Positions 9,481 through 18,791 of a stretch of 64,000 bases of DNA are shown here, one piece after another. Source of the DNA: a virus. Below the pieces are notes generated by a model. That model saw only the letters and a program-made list of their open reading frames with translations. It did no database searches and had not been told where the DNA came from. Position numbers and translations under genes: made by a program. Location of the stretch: positions 32,001 to 96,000 of the IMG/VR virus record IMGVR_UViG_3300007511_000003; one strand, given 5' to 3'. The stretch's first letter is position 1. The number at the start of each line of letters is the position of its first letter.

Positions 9481-10449
9481 ATGGAGGGTAATATGAACAA
9501 GAACAACAAAGACAAAGACCGAATCCTGCTGTTTGATCTCTTATGTAGTACACAATTAAAGTTCGGTAAGCTTTTGAAGAAACAAGAGCGTGATGTAGAC
9601 CTGGACCTAGGTAACACATTGAGACAGTGCGCCTTGTTTGACGTTGACTCCACCTTCCCTGGGAAGTTTGATGAGAACACCCAACAGATGTTAGAAGAAG
9701 TAGTACTACCCTTCCCAGTTACAGGTGTACAGTTCGATGTGGACAACAAGCCGTTGGTACTCTTACGTGATACCGAAGTAGATGCCAAAGGCTTCAACAC
9801 CACCAGGCTTCATATAGAGATAGGTCCCATGCAAGACGATGGCTTACCTTTCCGTCAACAGGGCCTCACAATCTATTATCTGGCCCTATCAAAGGTACTT
9901 ACAAGTTTGAATCTAAAAGAGGACGAAGTTAGTATAAATGTACTATACCTATCAGAGTACGTTATAGGGGCCAAGGGTACCACGGCTAAAGCTCTCGACC
10001 GCCCTACTTTTTACAACGCAGATGGAACGGTGGATCATATGGATCCTGATAGTGTGTGGTCTGTCAAAAGTTCGATAGTAAAGACAATGGGGACTATTGC
10101 TAGGATCGGAGATATGAGGCGTTTTATTGTGGAGTCAGAGGTTAGTGCTAAGCCGTTGTCCTATCGACGTAGACCCGCTGCGAAATTCGGGCAAAAGAAG
10201 GTCTTCCGCAGCCTTACCCTACCAGAAGTACACACGTTAGGTTTGGGTCAACAGAAAGATCAGAACCCTGACACCCCGTCAAAACAACGGACAATTGCCC
10301 CTCACCCAAGGCGTCGTCATAAACGTGTACTTCGTAGTCCTAGGTGGGGTAAACGACAAGGTGAGGTGATTGATGTAAAGGCTTGCTGGGTGGGACCTAC
10401 TGAAATCAAGGACCGTCATGTCATCCACAAGGTAAGGATTGACTTGTAA
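9481..10449 (+). CDS. Hypothetical early protein with basic C-terminal PHxRRxHxR motif
   Basis: 322 aa downstream of the sigma70 promoter; PHPRRRHKR...KACWVG; true start may be 9493 (GGAGG RBS). Confidence 0.75.
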   Translation: MEGNMNKNNKDKDRILLFDLLCSTQLKFGKLLKKQERDVDLDLGNTLRQCALFDVDSTFPGKFDENTQQMLEEVVLPFPVTGVQFDVDNKPLVLLRDTEVDAKGFNTTRLHIEIGPMQDDGLPFRQQGLTIYYLALSKVLTSLNLKEDEVSINVLYLSEYVIGAKGTTAKALDRPTFYNADGTVDHMDPDSVWSVKSSIVKTMGTIARIGDMRRFIVESEVSAKPLSYRRRPAAKFGQKKVFRSLTLPEVHTLGLGQQKDQNPDTPSKQRTIAPHPRRRHKRVLRSPRWGKRQGEVIDVKACWVGPTEIKDRHVIHKVRIDL

Positions 10450-10557
10450 ATAGGTATAAAGCCATCAGACCTATTTGTGTGCTCGGACTTAGCCTGCCTC
10501 CTACTGGCTAAGAGGCTAATTTTGGTCAATGACCACCAACACTAAAGGGAAGAGGGG

Positions 10558-11184
10558 ATGAGCAGAAGCGGCAAATTTGATAAGATCAAGATTAGTCTTC
10601 AGGAATGGCTTCGCGGCCAAACATTCACCCGTGCCCTTGAGGCTCTGGAGTGTGGGCTATCCTTCCACACAGGTACACGCAAGGACGGCCACACTCCAGA
10701 GTTCAGCCATCAGCTAGAGATTGCTCACTATATAAGAACCTTACCTCTTGGGGAGAACCTGGAAAACTGCTTGATTGTGGCGTTCCTACATGATGTTGTT
10801 GAAGACCACTACACAACCTTGGATGCGCTGGAAGCCAGGTTCGGACCCTTCATTCGAGAATGTGTGGATGTCCTTACCAAACAGGGTCGATGGACGGACA
10901 AAGCTAGGCGAGAGTATTACAGGAGGCTAGGCACCAATTGTGTGTCCTCTGTGGTTAAAGGCGTGGATCGTATGCACAACGTCCAGTCTATGCAACATGT
11001 GTTTACCGTCAATAAGCAACAGAGGTACCTCCGGGAAGTGGAGAGGTGGGTGCTTCCAATGCTAAGACAAGCACACAAAGCCTACCCTTCTCAAGAAGCA
11101 GCCTACGAGAACATCATGTTTGTTCTGCAAGGTCAAATTGATCTCATCCGTCACATACATGTAGCCCAAGCCAAAGCTCGCTAG
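10558..11184 (+). CDS. RelA/SpoT-type HD-domain hydrolase (stand-alone, (p)ppGpp-hydrolase-like)
   Basis: HTGTRKDGHTPEFSH, AFLHDVVED, LTK, VKGVDRMHN. Confidence 0.85.
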   Translation: MSRSGKFDKIKISLQEWLRGQTFTRALEALECGLSFHTGTRKDGHTPEFSHQLEIAHYIRTLPLGENLENCLIVAFLHDVVEDHYTTLDALEARFGPFIRECVDVLTKQGRWTDKARREYYRRLGTNCVSSVVKGVDRMHNVQSMQHVFTVNKQQRYLREVERWVLPMLRQAHKAYPSQEAAYENIMFVLQGQIDLIRHIHVAQAKAR

Positions 11185-11229
11185 GCACCATACTCCTGGC
11201 TCTTGTAAATATAGCTGAAGGAGGACCAA

Positions 11230-11385
11230 ATGAATATAAACCGATTTTTCTGTTGGATTGGGTGGCACGAATGGAAGTACCAGTATCAAGTAGGCCCAGA
11301 ACCAGCCGACCGTCAATGTTTGCGGTGTGGGCGGTTCCAATACTTTGACGACTTTGACGACACTTACAAGGACTACACGACATGA
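11230..11385 (+). CDS. Small Cys/His Zn-binding phage protein
   Basis: GGAGG RBS; MNINRFFCWIGWHEWKY...CLRCG (51 aa, below the ORF-track cutoff). Confidence 0.65.
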   Translation: MNINRFFCWIGWHEWKYQYQVGPEPADRQCLRCGRFQYFDDFDDTYKDYTT

Positions 11386-11496
11386 CCATTACTGAATTTA
11401 TCCAGTACCTGAACCGTGAATTCCGTGAAGGCGCGGGCAAGACCCTGATAAACAGGTAGGACATGCCCCGGAACCAGATTCCACGGGCTTTGTTTG

Positions 11497-11505
11497 TGAT
11501 ATAAT
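11497..11505 (+). promoter_or_regulatory. Extended -10 promoter
   Basis: TGaTATAAT in the intergenic region. Confidence 0.5.
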
Positions 11506-11580
11506 GCTTTACAGCCCTTTGTGGGTGTTGGTGGCCAAAGACCTAAGGGGTGCCCATCTTAGGAACCTGGCTCTTGAACA

Positions 11581-11775
11581 GTGTCCACCCAAACTACCAT
11601 GAGGACCACTGTCCTGACCCTGGTGATAGGGTCAATCTTACTCAGCGCCTTCCATTGGTTAGTGCCTGAAACACCTATTACAGAGGTGGGGGTTGTTGTA
11701 ACCCCGATTGCCGTAGCCCTGGCTTGGGCCATAAACCATTACTGGAACCAATATGACAAAGATAACCCACATTAA
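11581..11775 (+). CDS. Small two-TM membrane protein
   Basis: Two hydrophobic helices. Confidence 0.5.
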   Translation: MSTQTTMRTTVLTLVIGSILLSAFHWLVPETPITEVGVVVTPIAVALAWAINHYWNQYDKDNPH

Positions 11776-11800
11776 CATAACTGTTCATTGAGAGGTTGCC

Positions 11801-12646
11801 ATGACTACCTGGTGGAAAGTTGGTGTAATTTTGATGGTAATGATGTTCGTGGTGGTGGCCTGTATGTCTGCTGTGGACATGAGACGGACAGTTCCCGTGA
11901 TGGCCCCTCCCGACCATCCTCCCCAAACGGCTCCTATTGGAGGTGGCCAAGGTGGAGCCGGGACTCCTGGGGCTTGGCCAGAAGAAGCCATGGAAGGAGA
12001 GGCAAGCCCTGAGTACGAACCACCGCCCAGCATGGAAGACCAAGGTTACTCGCCGCCAAATCATCACGTATGGAGTTACTTAAAGGCTTATGATTCCGAG
12101 CCTGCAGGGTACGCCATGTACACTTATGTCCTGGCCGCCCGTAAAGTAATAGAGGGCCAGCCTGCCCAGGTGCGGTTACAGGCTCTTGTCGAAGCAGTAC
12201 AGGCATCCACTACTAGCGACGAAATGTCCCGAATAGCTTTGGACCATGCAAATCTTTTTCTAATACCAGGAGGCGATTACTACCACTATGATCTTTCTTT
12301 GTTAGTGTTACAACAATTCCGCATTACGATGAGTTCCCTTGGTAAAAAGCTGGATCGAGCCGGTCCTTACTTGGTGTCGGTCATCTACCCAGCATCCCAT
12401 GTAGTTGAGCAGACCCTCATGCGGAGACCTGTGGAGACGCCCATCCTGATTGCGGACCTGTCCAACACTAGTCCCGCTGTTATGCGAGACCTTGTAAGGA
12501 TGTATAAGTCTCGACTCAGCGGACCAATGTTAACCCAACCTGTAAATGAATTTAAGAGTTTGAGGCTTCAACTAGCCTCTATACTGACCACCGCCGATGA
12601 CTACCTGTTATTGATCGGCAAGCACCTGAAGGAGATAAAGGGATGA
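11801..12646 (+). CDS. Exported/membrane-anchored hypothetical protein
   Basis: N-terminal hydrophobic helix, Pro/Gly linker, globular C-domain; GAGG RBS. Confidence 0.7.
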   Translation: MTTWWKVGVILMVMMFVVVACMSAVDMRRTVPVMAPPDHPPQTAPIGGGQGGAGTPGAWPEEAMEGEASPEYEPPPSMEDQGYSPPNHHVWSYLKAYDSEPAGYAMYTYVLAARKVIEGQPAQVRLQALVEAVQASTTSDEMSRIALDHANLFLIPGGDYYHYDLSLLVLQQFRITMSSLGKKLDRAGPYLVSVIYPASHVVEQTLMRRPVETPILIADLSNTSPAVMRDLVRMYKSRLSGPMLTQPVNEFKSLRLQLASILTTADDYLLLIGKHLKEIKG

Positions 12647-13065
12647 AGATCCTGAAGTTTGAAGAGGTAACGGACGAAATGATGCCTGACCTGGACCACC
12701 TGGAAGCCATCCATTTGGTGGCTTTTGACATGGGGTACCTAATGGGTAACATGTTGGAAGACCAAGGGTTGTTGTTGCAGGCCGAAGGAACCTACGACAA
12801 GGAACAGGGTATCTTTTCTATCAAGGAACCCTTTGTCTTCTGCCACTCCATGTTCCAACCACTTGATGGGGCCAAGGTTCACGATGGTGTGATACGACTG
12901 GCTTTCCAAGGGACCTATGCTTGGGGTTGGAAACTTACCTTCGAAGATAACGCCGAGGCGATCCTGGTTCACAACGATGGACCACGAAAGCAGGCGTTCA
13001 ACCATAAAACCGGATACGTTACGGTAGCTCCTGATGATACCAACTTTCGATCAACCGTTCATTGA
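12643..13065 (+). CDS. Hypothetical protein
   Basis: 140 aa, coupled to the previous gene. Confidence 0.65.
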   Translation: MKILKFEEVTDEMMPDLDHLEAIHLVAFDMGYLMGNMLEDQGLLLQAEGTYDKEQGIFSIKEPFVFCHSMFQPLDGAKVHDGVIRLAFQGTYAWGWKLTFEDNAEAILVHNDGPRKQAFNHKTGYVTVAPDDTNFRSTVH

Positions 13066-13636
13066 TCAACACGGGTGGGTGGCAGGTGTTGATGAAGCCG
13101 GTCGTGGTCCATGGGCTGGTCCTATCGTGGTAGCGGTAGCCGATATAGGAGGTCAACAGTTTACGGGCCTGGACGATTCCAAAAAACTTAAAGAACACCA
13201 ACGCGAGCGCCTATATGAGGAGCTAGGTCGCAAGAAGGATGTTCGGTGGGCTTGGGCTCAGGTATCAGCCCGACGTATTGACAAGATAGGCATCGACCCT
13301 GCCACCCGTAGGGCCTTAAAAGAGGCTTACCAAGATTTCCGGCCACCTTTCCTTATGATTGATGAGATGTCTATCGACGTGCCAGCACCTCATCAATTCT
13401 TCATTAAAGGGGATACTCAAAGCCCATCCATTGCAGCCGCTTCTATTGTAGCCAAAGTGGTGCGTGACAGGATGATGCTGGAACTGCACAAAGAATTCCC
13501 ACAATATGGGTTTGACCGACACAAAGGGTACGGGACCGAACTCCATCGGAAAATGATTGTGAAGCATGGACTCTGTAGAGCCCACCGGAGGTCCTACAAA
13601 CCCATTAAACGGTATCTGGGTGGGTTTACACCCTGA
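13034..13636 (+). CDS. rnhB: Ribonuclease HII
   Basis: GVDEAGRGP, DSKKL, IKGD...SIAAASIVAKVVRD, HKGYGT, HRRSY. Confidence 0.95.
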   Translation: MIPTFDQPFIDQHGWVAGVDEAGRGPWAGPIVVAVADIGGQQFTGLDDSKKLKEHQRERLYEELGRKKDVRWAWAQVSARRIDKIGIDPATRRALKEAYQDFRPPFLMIDEMSIDVPAPHQFFIKGDTQSPSIAAASIVAKVVRDRMMLELHKEFPQYGFDRHKGYGTELHRKMIVKHGLCRAHRRSYKPIKRYLGGFTP

Positions 13637-13684
13637 CCAACTAGGACCTCCCGTAGGTCCTTACACAGCAAGGAGCCGAATAAA

Positions 13685-14656
13685 ATGTTACGAGAAGCCA
13701 TTGACCGCCTCGACGATCAGATTTCATCCATTGGGTTTGGTGGAGATTTCTCTCCCGTCTGCCACCAACTCGCCCAGTTGGTTACACAGGTGTGGCCTGA
13801 ACGAGATAACGTTCCTCGGGACCAACTCCAAGACCTTTCTGGCCTTTGCCTGGAAATGTTGGATCGAGGTGCCGTCAAGATCTCGGAACCAGACCCCAGC
13901 GGGCACAAACATGACAACGGGATACCATCCTACGTCATCAATGATTGGCCCAAGCTTGGTATCTTGATGTGGTTCAAGAGCCATGACATGGAGGTGATGC
14001 GCACCAAGTCTACTTCGGGACCCGGTATGCAGGCGATCGACCAGATTGCCTACGACAAAGTACCACTCAAAACCAGTCGGTGGGGTAAACAGGATTTTGA
14101 AGCCCATGGCTTCCGCGTGGTTCCCGGAGGTGTTATCCGTTACGGAGCCTATATAGCACCCAACGTTATCCTGATGCCGTCTTTTATTAACCTGGGGGCC
14201 TACGTTGACAGCGGTACCATGATTGATACCTGGGCCACTGTCGGGTCCTGCGCTCAGGTCGGGAAGAACTGCCACATTAGTGGTGGTGCCGGTCTTGGAG
14301 GGGTACTGGAGCCCATTAACGCACGTCCTGTTATTGTTGAGGACGATTGCTTTATCGGTGCCCGGTCAGAGGTTGCGGAAGGGGTGGTGGTCGGCCGTGG
14401 ATCGGTGTTGAGTATGGGTGTCTATATTGGCGCCTCCACGCCGATCCTGAACCGTAAGACGGGCGAGATCACTACTGGTTATGTGCCACCCTACTCGGTG
14501 GTGATTCCAGGGGCTCTACACAAAGGCCAATGTGGGCCCTCCGAAACGATGCGTGGCCTTTATATTGATTACTCTACCTATGCCGCAGTTATCGTCAAGA
14601 CCGTAGACGAAAAGACACGGGCATGTACTAGTATCAACGACCTACTGAGGGACTAA
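13685..14656 (+). CDS. dapD: Tetrahydrodipicolinate N-succinyltransferase
   Basis: YDKVPLK, RVVPG, LMPSFINLGAYVDSGTMIDTWATVGSCAQVG, GGVLEP, DEKTR..TSINDLLRD. Confidence 0.95.
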   Translation: MLREAIDRLDDQISSIGFGGDFSPVCHQLAQLVTQVWPERDNVPRDQLQDLSGLCLEMLDRGAVKISEPDPSGHKHDNGIPSYVINDWPKLGILMWFKSHDMEVMRTKSTSGPGMQAIDQIAYDKVPLKTSRWGKQDFEAHGFRVVPGGVIRYGAYIAPNVILMPSFINLGAYVDSGTMIDTWATVGSCAQVGKNCHISGGAGLGGVLEPINARPVIVEDDCFIGARSEVAEGVVVGRGSVLSMGVYIGASTPILNRKTGEITTGYVPPYSVVIPGALHKGQCGPSETMRGLYIDYSTYAAVIVKTVDEKTRACTSINDLLRD

Positions 14657-14658
14657 TC

Positions 14659-14871
14659 ATGACCACACAAGAAGACCTGAACAACCGATTTACCTACCAT
14701 CCACCCAAGCCAGGGCAGGCGGATCGTTATGTCAAGATTCGAGACACTGCCCACGAATTTGCCTCCTTGCTCAACGACGAATGCCCAGATAGCCGGGAGA
14801 AGTCGGTGGCTTTCACCAAGTTGGAGGAGGCCGTTATGTGGGCTAACGCCTCGATCGCGAGGAACGAGTAA
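14659..14871 (+). CDS. Acb2/Tad1-like helical-hairpin small protein (candidate signalling-nucleotide sponge)
   Basis: FTYHPP...SREKSVAFTKLEEAVMWANASIAR resembles the Tad1/Acb2 C-terminal helix. Confidence 0.65.
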   Translation: MTTQEDLNNRFTYHPPKPGQADRYVKIRDTAHEFASLLNDECPDSREKSVAFTKLEEAVMWANASIARNE

Positions 14872-15227
14872 TGTCCAAGACCTTGACCAAAGCCGCCTTG
14901 ACCTACATCGGGGAAGCCATTCGAGCCACCATGCAGAGCATGGGTGCCTTCATTGGTGACGACGTAGGCTACCAGCGGTTCAAACAAACAGCCGTCCAGC
15001 ACTTGGGGACCACTGCCCGCTTACCTCAGAATTGGGGCTGGCGTGTATCTATCCCTGAGGACCTTAATACGCCAGAGGTCAAGGACAAACATGAAATGTG
15101 GGTCCTTGTCCGCATCACCACCGACGATGGAGTAGTTCATCCTGTCCGAGTACATGTGGCACCTCGCTATGGGGACGTACTCGGAATCAACCCTGTTATT
15201 CAAGTCAAGTACACACCAAAGGAGTAA
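14871..15227 (+). CDS. Hypothetical protein
   Basis: 118 aa, coupled. Confidence 0.65.
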   Translation: MSKTLTKAALTYIGEAIRATMQSMGAFIGDDVGYQRFKQTAVQHLGTTARLPQNWGWRVSIPEDLNTPEVKDKHEMWVLVRITTDDGVVHPVRVHVAPRYGDVLGINPVIQVKYTPKE

Positions 15228-15231
15228 ACAC

Positions 15232-15432
15232 ATGGCCCTCGTAGCAGTCGTAGTAAAATACAACAAAGAAGGCGCTCTCAGCGGTCCGCATAAGGAACGC
15301 CTGGCCTACCTACAAGGTCAGGTTTTGCCGGGCCCGAATGGCGAACCCCCGACAAGCCAGGACCTACATGTACATGTCCACAACCACCGAACCGACACTC
15401 TGGATTCTGAACTCAAGGAGGCCTCCCTATGA
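15232..15432 (+). CDS. Hypothetical protein
   Basis: AAGGAG RBS before ATG 15232. Confidence 0.55.
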   Translation: MALVAVVVKYNKEGALSGPHKERLAYLQGQVLPGPNGEPPTSQDLHVHVHNHRTDTLDSELKEASL

Positions 15433-15932
15433 CCATCAAACGTGTACCGCTTTTAACCCGCTCCGGTTACGGTTTGTGGAGTGCTTTCGTTAACCTGTTA
15501 TACTGGGGGTTCAACTTCTACCGGTTACCAGGAGCCCTCAAGGAGCTCAAGCACATCGATTCACGTGTGACCGGTCCGCGGGCTACCACAAACATTGAAG
15601 CCTATATGCGGGGCTTCCAGTGGACGGAAGACAAACCCACCGATTGGAAGCCCTGGGTTATCACGATCTTGGCCCGCAAGTTGAAGGATGACTGTGATGG
15701 CGCCGCCACTTTGGGTAAATACCTGTTCGACCAAGGTGGGCGTCCTGCGAGCCTGTTTTTGTTGAAAGGGCCTGACGGCAACCACATGGTGGCGGTCACA
15801 GATGACAGTAACTTTATGGTGTCGAACGCCAATGTGGTAAAGTTACACGACGTAATTGGTCCATACCAAGAGCCCTATCAGAAGGTCCTTGGCTACCACA
15901 ATGGCCAATACACTTCCATCCAAAAGTGGTAA
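15429..15932 (+). CDS. Possible transglutaminase-like Cys protease
   Basis: DDCDGAA ... NHMVAV, a Cys/His pattern. Confidence 0.5.
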   Translation: MTIKRVPLLTRSGYGLWSAFVNLLYWGFNFYRLPGALKELKHIDSRVTGPRATTNIEAYMRGFQWTEDKPTDWKPWVITILARKLKDDCDGAATLGKYLFDQGGRPASLFLLKGPDGNHMVAVTDDSNFMVSNANVVKLHDVIGPYQEPYQKVLGYHNGQYTSIQKW

Positions 15933-15945
15933 GAGGGAGGCAGTG

Positions 15946-16467
15946 ATGACCCTTGGTCACCCGAGAATCATGGTTTTTATTGACGGGTCCAATTTCCATT
16001 CTACTTTAAAGGCTCTTAACCTAGACATCTGTTACAAACGTTTACATGCGTACTTGAGTGACCAAGGGGTCGTTCAACGCATCTACTATTATACCGCGTT
16101 GGATGAGGGTGATTACAATCCCCTTAAACCCTTGGTAGACTGGATGCACTACAACGGTTATCACATTGTGTCCAAACCAGTAAAAACCTGGAAAGCCCCT
16201 AATGGTGACGTCCGCCGTAAGGGTAACATGGATGTGGAGATGGCTGTAGACATGCAATCTTTCGCTGATAATTATGACACGGCTTTCCTGTTTACCGGGG
16301 ATGGGGACTTTCGGTACCTGGTTGACAAACTACAACAACTAGGTAAGAAGGTAGTTGTTGTGTCTACCAAGAAAACGGACCCTCCAATAGCGGCGGACGA
16401 ACTACGTCGCCAAGCCGATGAGTTCCGCGACCTGGTGGAAATTAAAGATAACCTTGTCAAGAAATGA
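15946..16467 (+). CDS. NYN/LabA (DUF88) PIN-like protein
   Basis: FIDGSN, YYTA, KGNMDVEMAVD, LFTGDGDF, ELRRQADEF. Confidence 0.92.
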   Translation: MTLGHPRIMVFIDGSNFHSTLKALNLDICYKRLHAYLSDQGVVQRIYYYTALDEGDYNPLKPLVDWMHYNGYHIVSKPVKTWKAPNGDVRRKGNMDVEMAVDMQSFADNYDTAFLFTGDGDFRYLVDKLQQLGKKVVVVSTKKTDPPIAADELRRQADEFRDLVEIKDNLVKK

Positions 16468-16637
16468 GGGCCCGAGATATAAGTGCCTTCATTGGTATAC
16501 TGAGGGACCACTGGGACCTCTTTTGCCAGGACTGTAAATGGTTTAAGAGAGACGCACAACATTCCTGCACTGGTTGGTGCACCAAATTTGACAAATTCGT
16601 AACCCTACACTGGGGTTGCCGAGGAGACTATAAATGA
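16464..16637 (+). CDS. Small Cys-rich hypothetical protein
   Basis: 57 aa, CQDC...C...C; ATGA overlaps at both ends. Confidence 0.55.
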   Translation: MRARDISAFIGILRDHWDLFCQDCKWFKRDAQHSCTGWCTKFDKFVTLHWGCRGDYK

Positions 16638-17395
16638 CACTATTATACAAGGGTAAAGCAAAGGAACTTCATACCGTGAAAGACGCGGGCTTGTTGCGGA
16701 TGTTGTTCTGTGATGACACCAGTGCCTTTGATGGCAAAAAGACAGACCAGCTGGCAGGCAAAGGTCGGTTGAACGGCCTGTTCAACTGGCATATTATGCA
16801 GCTTCTGCGGAGTAACAACGTCCATACCTGCATGGTGGACAAGTTATCTGACACGGAATACCTGGTAGCCCAGCTGAAGATGTTTAAAGTAGAAGTCATC
16901 GTACGTAACGATGCGACCGGTTCTTTCTGTCGGCGTTACGGCTCAGAATTTGAGCTCACCCAGTTCGACCCTCCACTGGTAGAGTTCTGTTACAAGTCCG
17001 ACGAACACGGTGACCCTTTGATCAACATGCCGGCCATTGTGGCCCTGGGCTTGGCGACCAAAGAAGAATTACTTACCATGCAAGACCTGGCCCTCCACAT
17101 CAACAGTGTCCTCCGCCGTTTCTTTGGTCAACGAAAGCTGAACCTCGTCGACTTCAAGTTGGAGTTTGGCACTACCACACACCCATACAAGGTACAAGGC
17201 GAGGACAGGGCTCCTGCTGGGTTTGGGTGGACAGAGGATGTATTGATGCTGGGTGACGAGTTCTCCCTTGACAGTTGCCGCCTGTGGACCAAAGAAGGCA
17301 GAGGCGAACGGTGGTGGCGGTGGATCCGTCACGACCTAGGGCCGGTCATTGAGGGTTACCAAGAGGCACTCGATGCTGTCACAGGAGGCCTATAA
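16634..17395 (+). CDS. purC: SAICAR synthetase-like protein
   Basis: LYKGKAK, SAFDGKK, GKG, EVIVRN..TGS, YKSD..GDP, LVDFKLEFG, GDE...DSCRLW. Confidence 0.9.
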   Translation: MTLLYKGKAKELHTVKDAGLLRMLFCDDTSAFDGKKTDQLAGKGRLNGLFNWHIMQLLRSNNVHTCMVDKLSDTEYLVAQLKMFKVEVIVRNDATGSFCRRYGSEFELTQFDPPLVEFCYKSDEHGDPLINMPAIVALGLATKEELLTMQDLALHINSVLRRFFGQRKLNLVDFKLEFGTTTHPYKVQGEDRAPAGFGWTEDVLMLGDEFSLDSCRLWTKEGRGERWWRWIRHDLGPVIEGYQEALDAVTGGL

Positions 17396-17784
17396 TGTTA
17401 GAAGCTCTAAACTGCCCTGCTTGTGGTGGCTATGCCATTACCTCCAACGACCTCGAGGGACAACGATTCTCGGTCCAAGTGATGTGTGATGATCCTGTGG
17501 ACTGCGGGGTTGCGGGCCCTGTGGCTTATGACACGATACCTGCTGAGGAATCTGTGTCCAACAATATGCTGGACCACAAGTTGGAGCACGGGCACTGGCC
17601 TCAGAACATGACTCATGTCACCCAAGCCGCAATCGAACGGTGGAATAAGATGGTGGGCCAAGACAAGCAAGAAGTTATGGTCCTACGTCAGTATGGTAAC
17701 AAAGATTGTACTATAATGGCGGATGAACACCTTACAAAGCTGAGGGATCAAGGTAACTATACTGACATGGAGGACAGGGCATGA
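17395..17784 (+). CDS. Lar-like Zn-ribbon protein
   Basis: CPACGG...C....CG..GP...AIERWN. Confidence 0.55.
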   Translation: MLEALNCPACGGYAITSNDLEGQRFSVQVMCDDPVDCGVAGPVAYDTIPAEESVSNNMLDHKLEHGHWPQNMTHVTQAAIERWNKMVGQDKQEVMVLRQYGNKDCTIMADEHLTKLRDQGNYTDMEDRA

Positions 17785-17975
17785 CGCGGGAAGAACTACA
17801 AAAAGCCGCCGACAACAAGGTTCCTGCCCAGGTAGGCTCTAAATCAGGTAGAGTCCATGCCTACGATATTGCAAGGGATCGGGTTGCTATCCAACTGGAT
17901 GATGAACAAGACCTACACTGGGAACCTATTCGAAACGTCCTGGTGATTCGCGGTATCCTGAGAGTGGTGACATGA
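17781..17975 (+). CDS. Hypothetical protein
   Basis: GGAGG RBS; coupled. Confidence 0.6.
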   Translation: MTREELQKAADNKVPAQVGSKSGRVHAYDIARDRVAIQLDDEQDLHWEPIRNVLVIRGILRVVT

Positions 17976-18228
17976 CTACCCATAAGCTTCCTGACGGTCC
18001 TGTTCCGGGGACCTCCACACACCAGACTCCTTAGGTGGAGAATGGTTATGGCGGGTTGGGAAGGATGGAGTAGGTCAATGGAAACCGGTTATAACCGACC
18101 TCGAGCTCGAAACATCCTTTCCCAAAGAGCCAGTAATGGGCCAAGCCCATGAGGACAAGGCGGGTAGAATATGGACATGGACCCCGACAACGGACGATAA
18201 TATTTGCAGATGGAGGTACCTGAAATGA
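17972..18228 (+). pseudogene. Frameshifted small repeat protein
   Basis: ATGA overlaps at both ends; frame break at CACACAC 18016-18022. Confidence 0.5.
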
Positions 18229-18791
18229 CTACCTACCCTTGGAGTCTTGAGGAAACTATCAGGAACCTCAAGAGAGGTTCCCAAAGTCCTACCCTAATCC
18301 AACAGTTGGTCGAAGCCTATGAAAAACTGTTGGGTAATGGCAGGCGCCCCTCTTGGGACCAACACTGGATGAATGCTGCTCACATGGCCAAGCAGATGTG
18401 TACCTGTCAATCCAGAGCTGTAGGGGCAGTATTCGTCCAAGATAAACGTCTGTTAGTATCAGGGTTTAACGGGGTGCCTGCCAAGTACCCACACCCAACA
18501 AGCTGTTTGCGTAAAGACCGAGGGTTCAAGACTGGCGAAGCTTTACACCTTTGTCCTTGTATGCACGCGGAACAAAACGGTATCTCCAATGCTGCCCGAC
18601 ATGGTATTGAGTTGAAGGACAGTACGGTATACGTGACTTGTATGCCCTGTCAGATGTGTATGGGTATGCTGGCAAACGTAGGCATTAAACGGGTGGTGTA
18701 TGACGGGGAGTATCCTGCAGCCGAAACGAGGGATGCTATTGCCAACTATGCAAGCATCCAACTCCAACAATTAGGTGATCTCAATGAGTAG
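18225..18791 (+). CDS. dCMP deaminase
   Basis: RPSWD, VGAV, GFNG, HAEQN, PCQMC. Confidence 0.92.
   Translation: MTTYPWSLEETIRNLKRGSQSPTLIQQLVEAYEKLLGNGRRPSWDQHWMNAAHMAKQMCTCQSRAVGAVFVQDKRLLVSGFNGVPAKYPHPTSCLRKDRGFKTGEALHLCPCMHAEQNGISNAARHGIELKDSTVYVTCMPCQMCMGMLANVGIKRVVYDGEYPAAETRDAIANYASIQLQQLGDLNE

Noticed and set aside
3758-17395. Z-genome (purZ/mazZ/datZ) system
   Set aside because: No PurA/PurZ homologue is present, the HD protein is SpoT-type, and PurC is a different family
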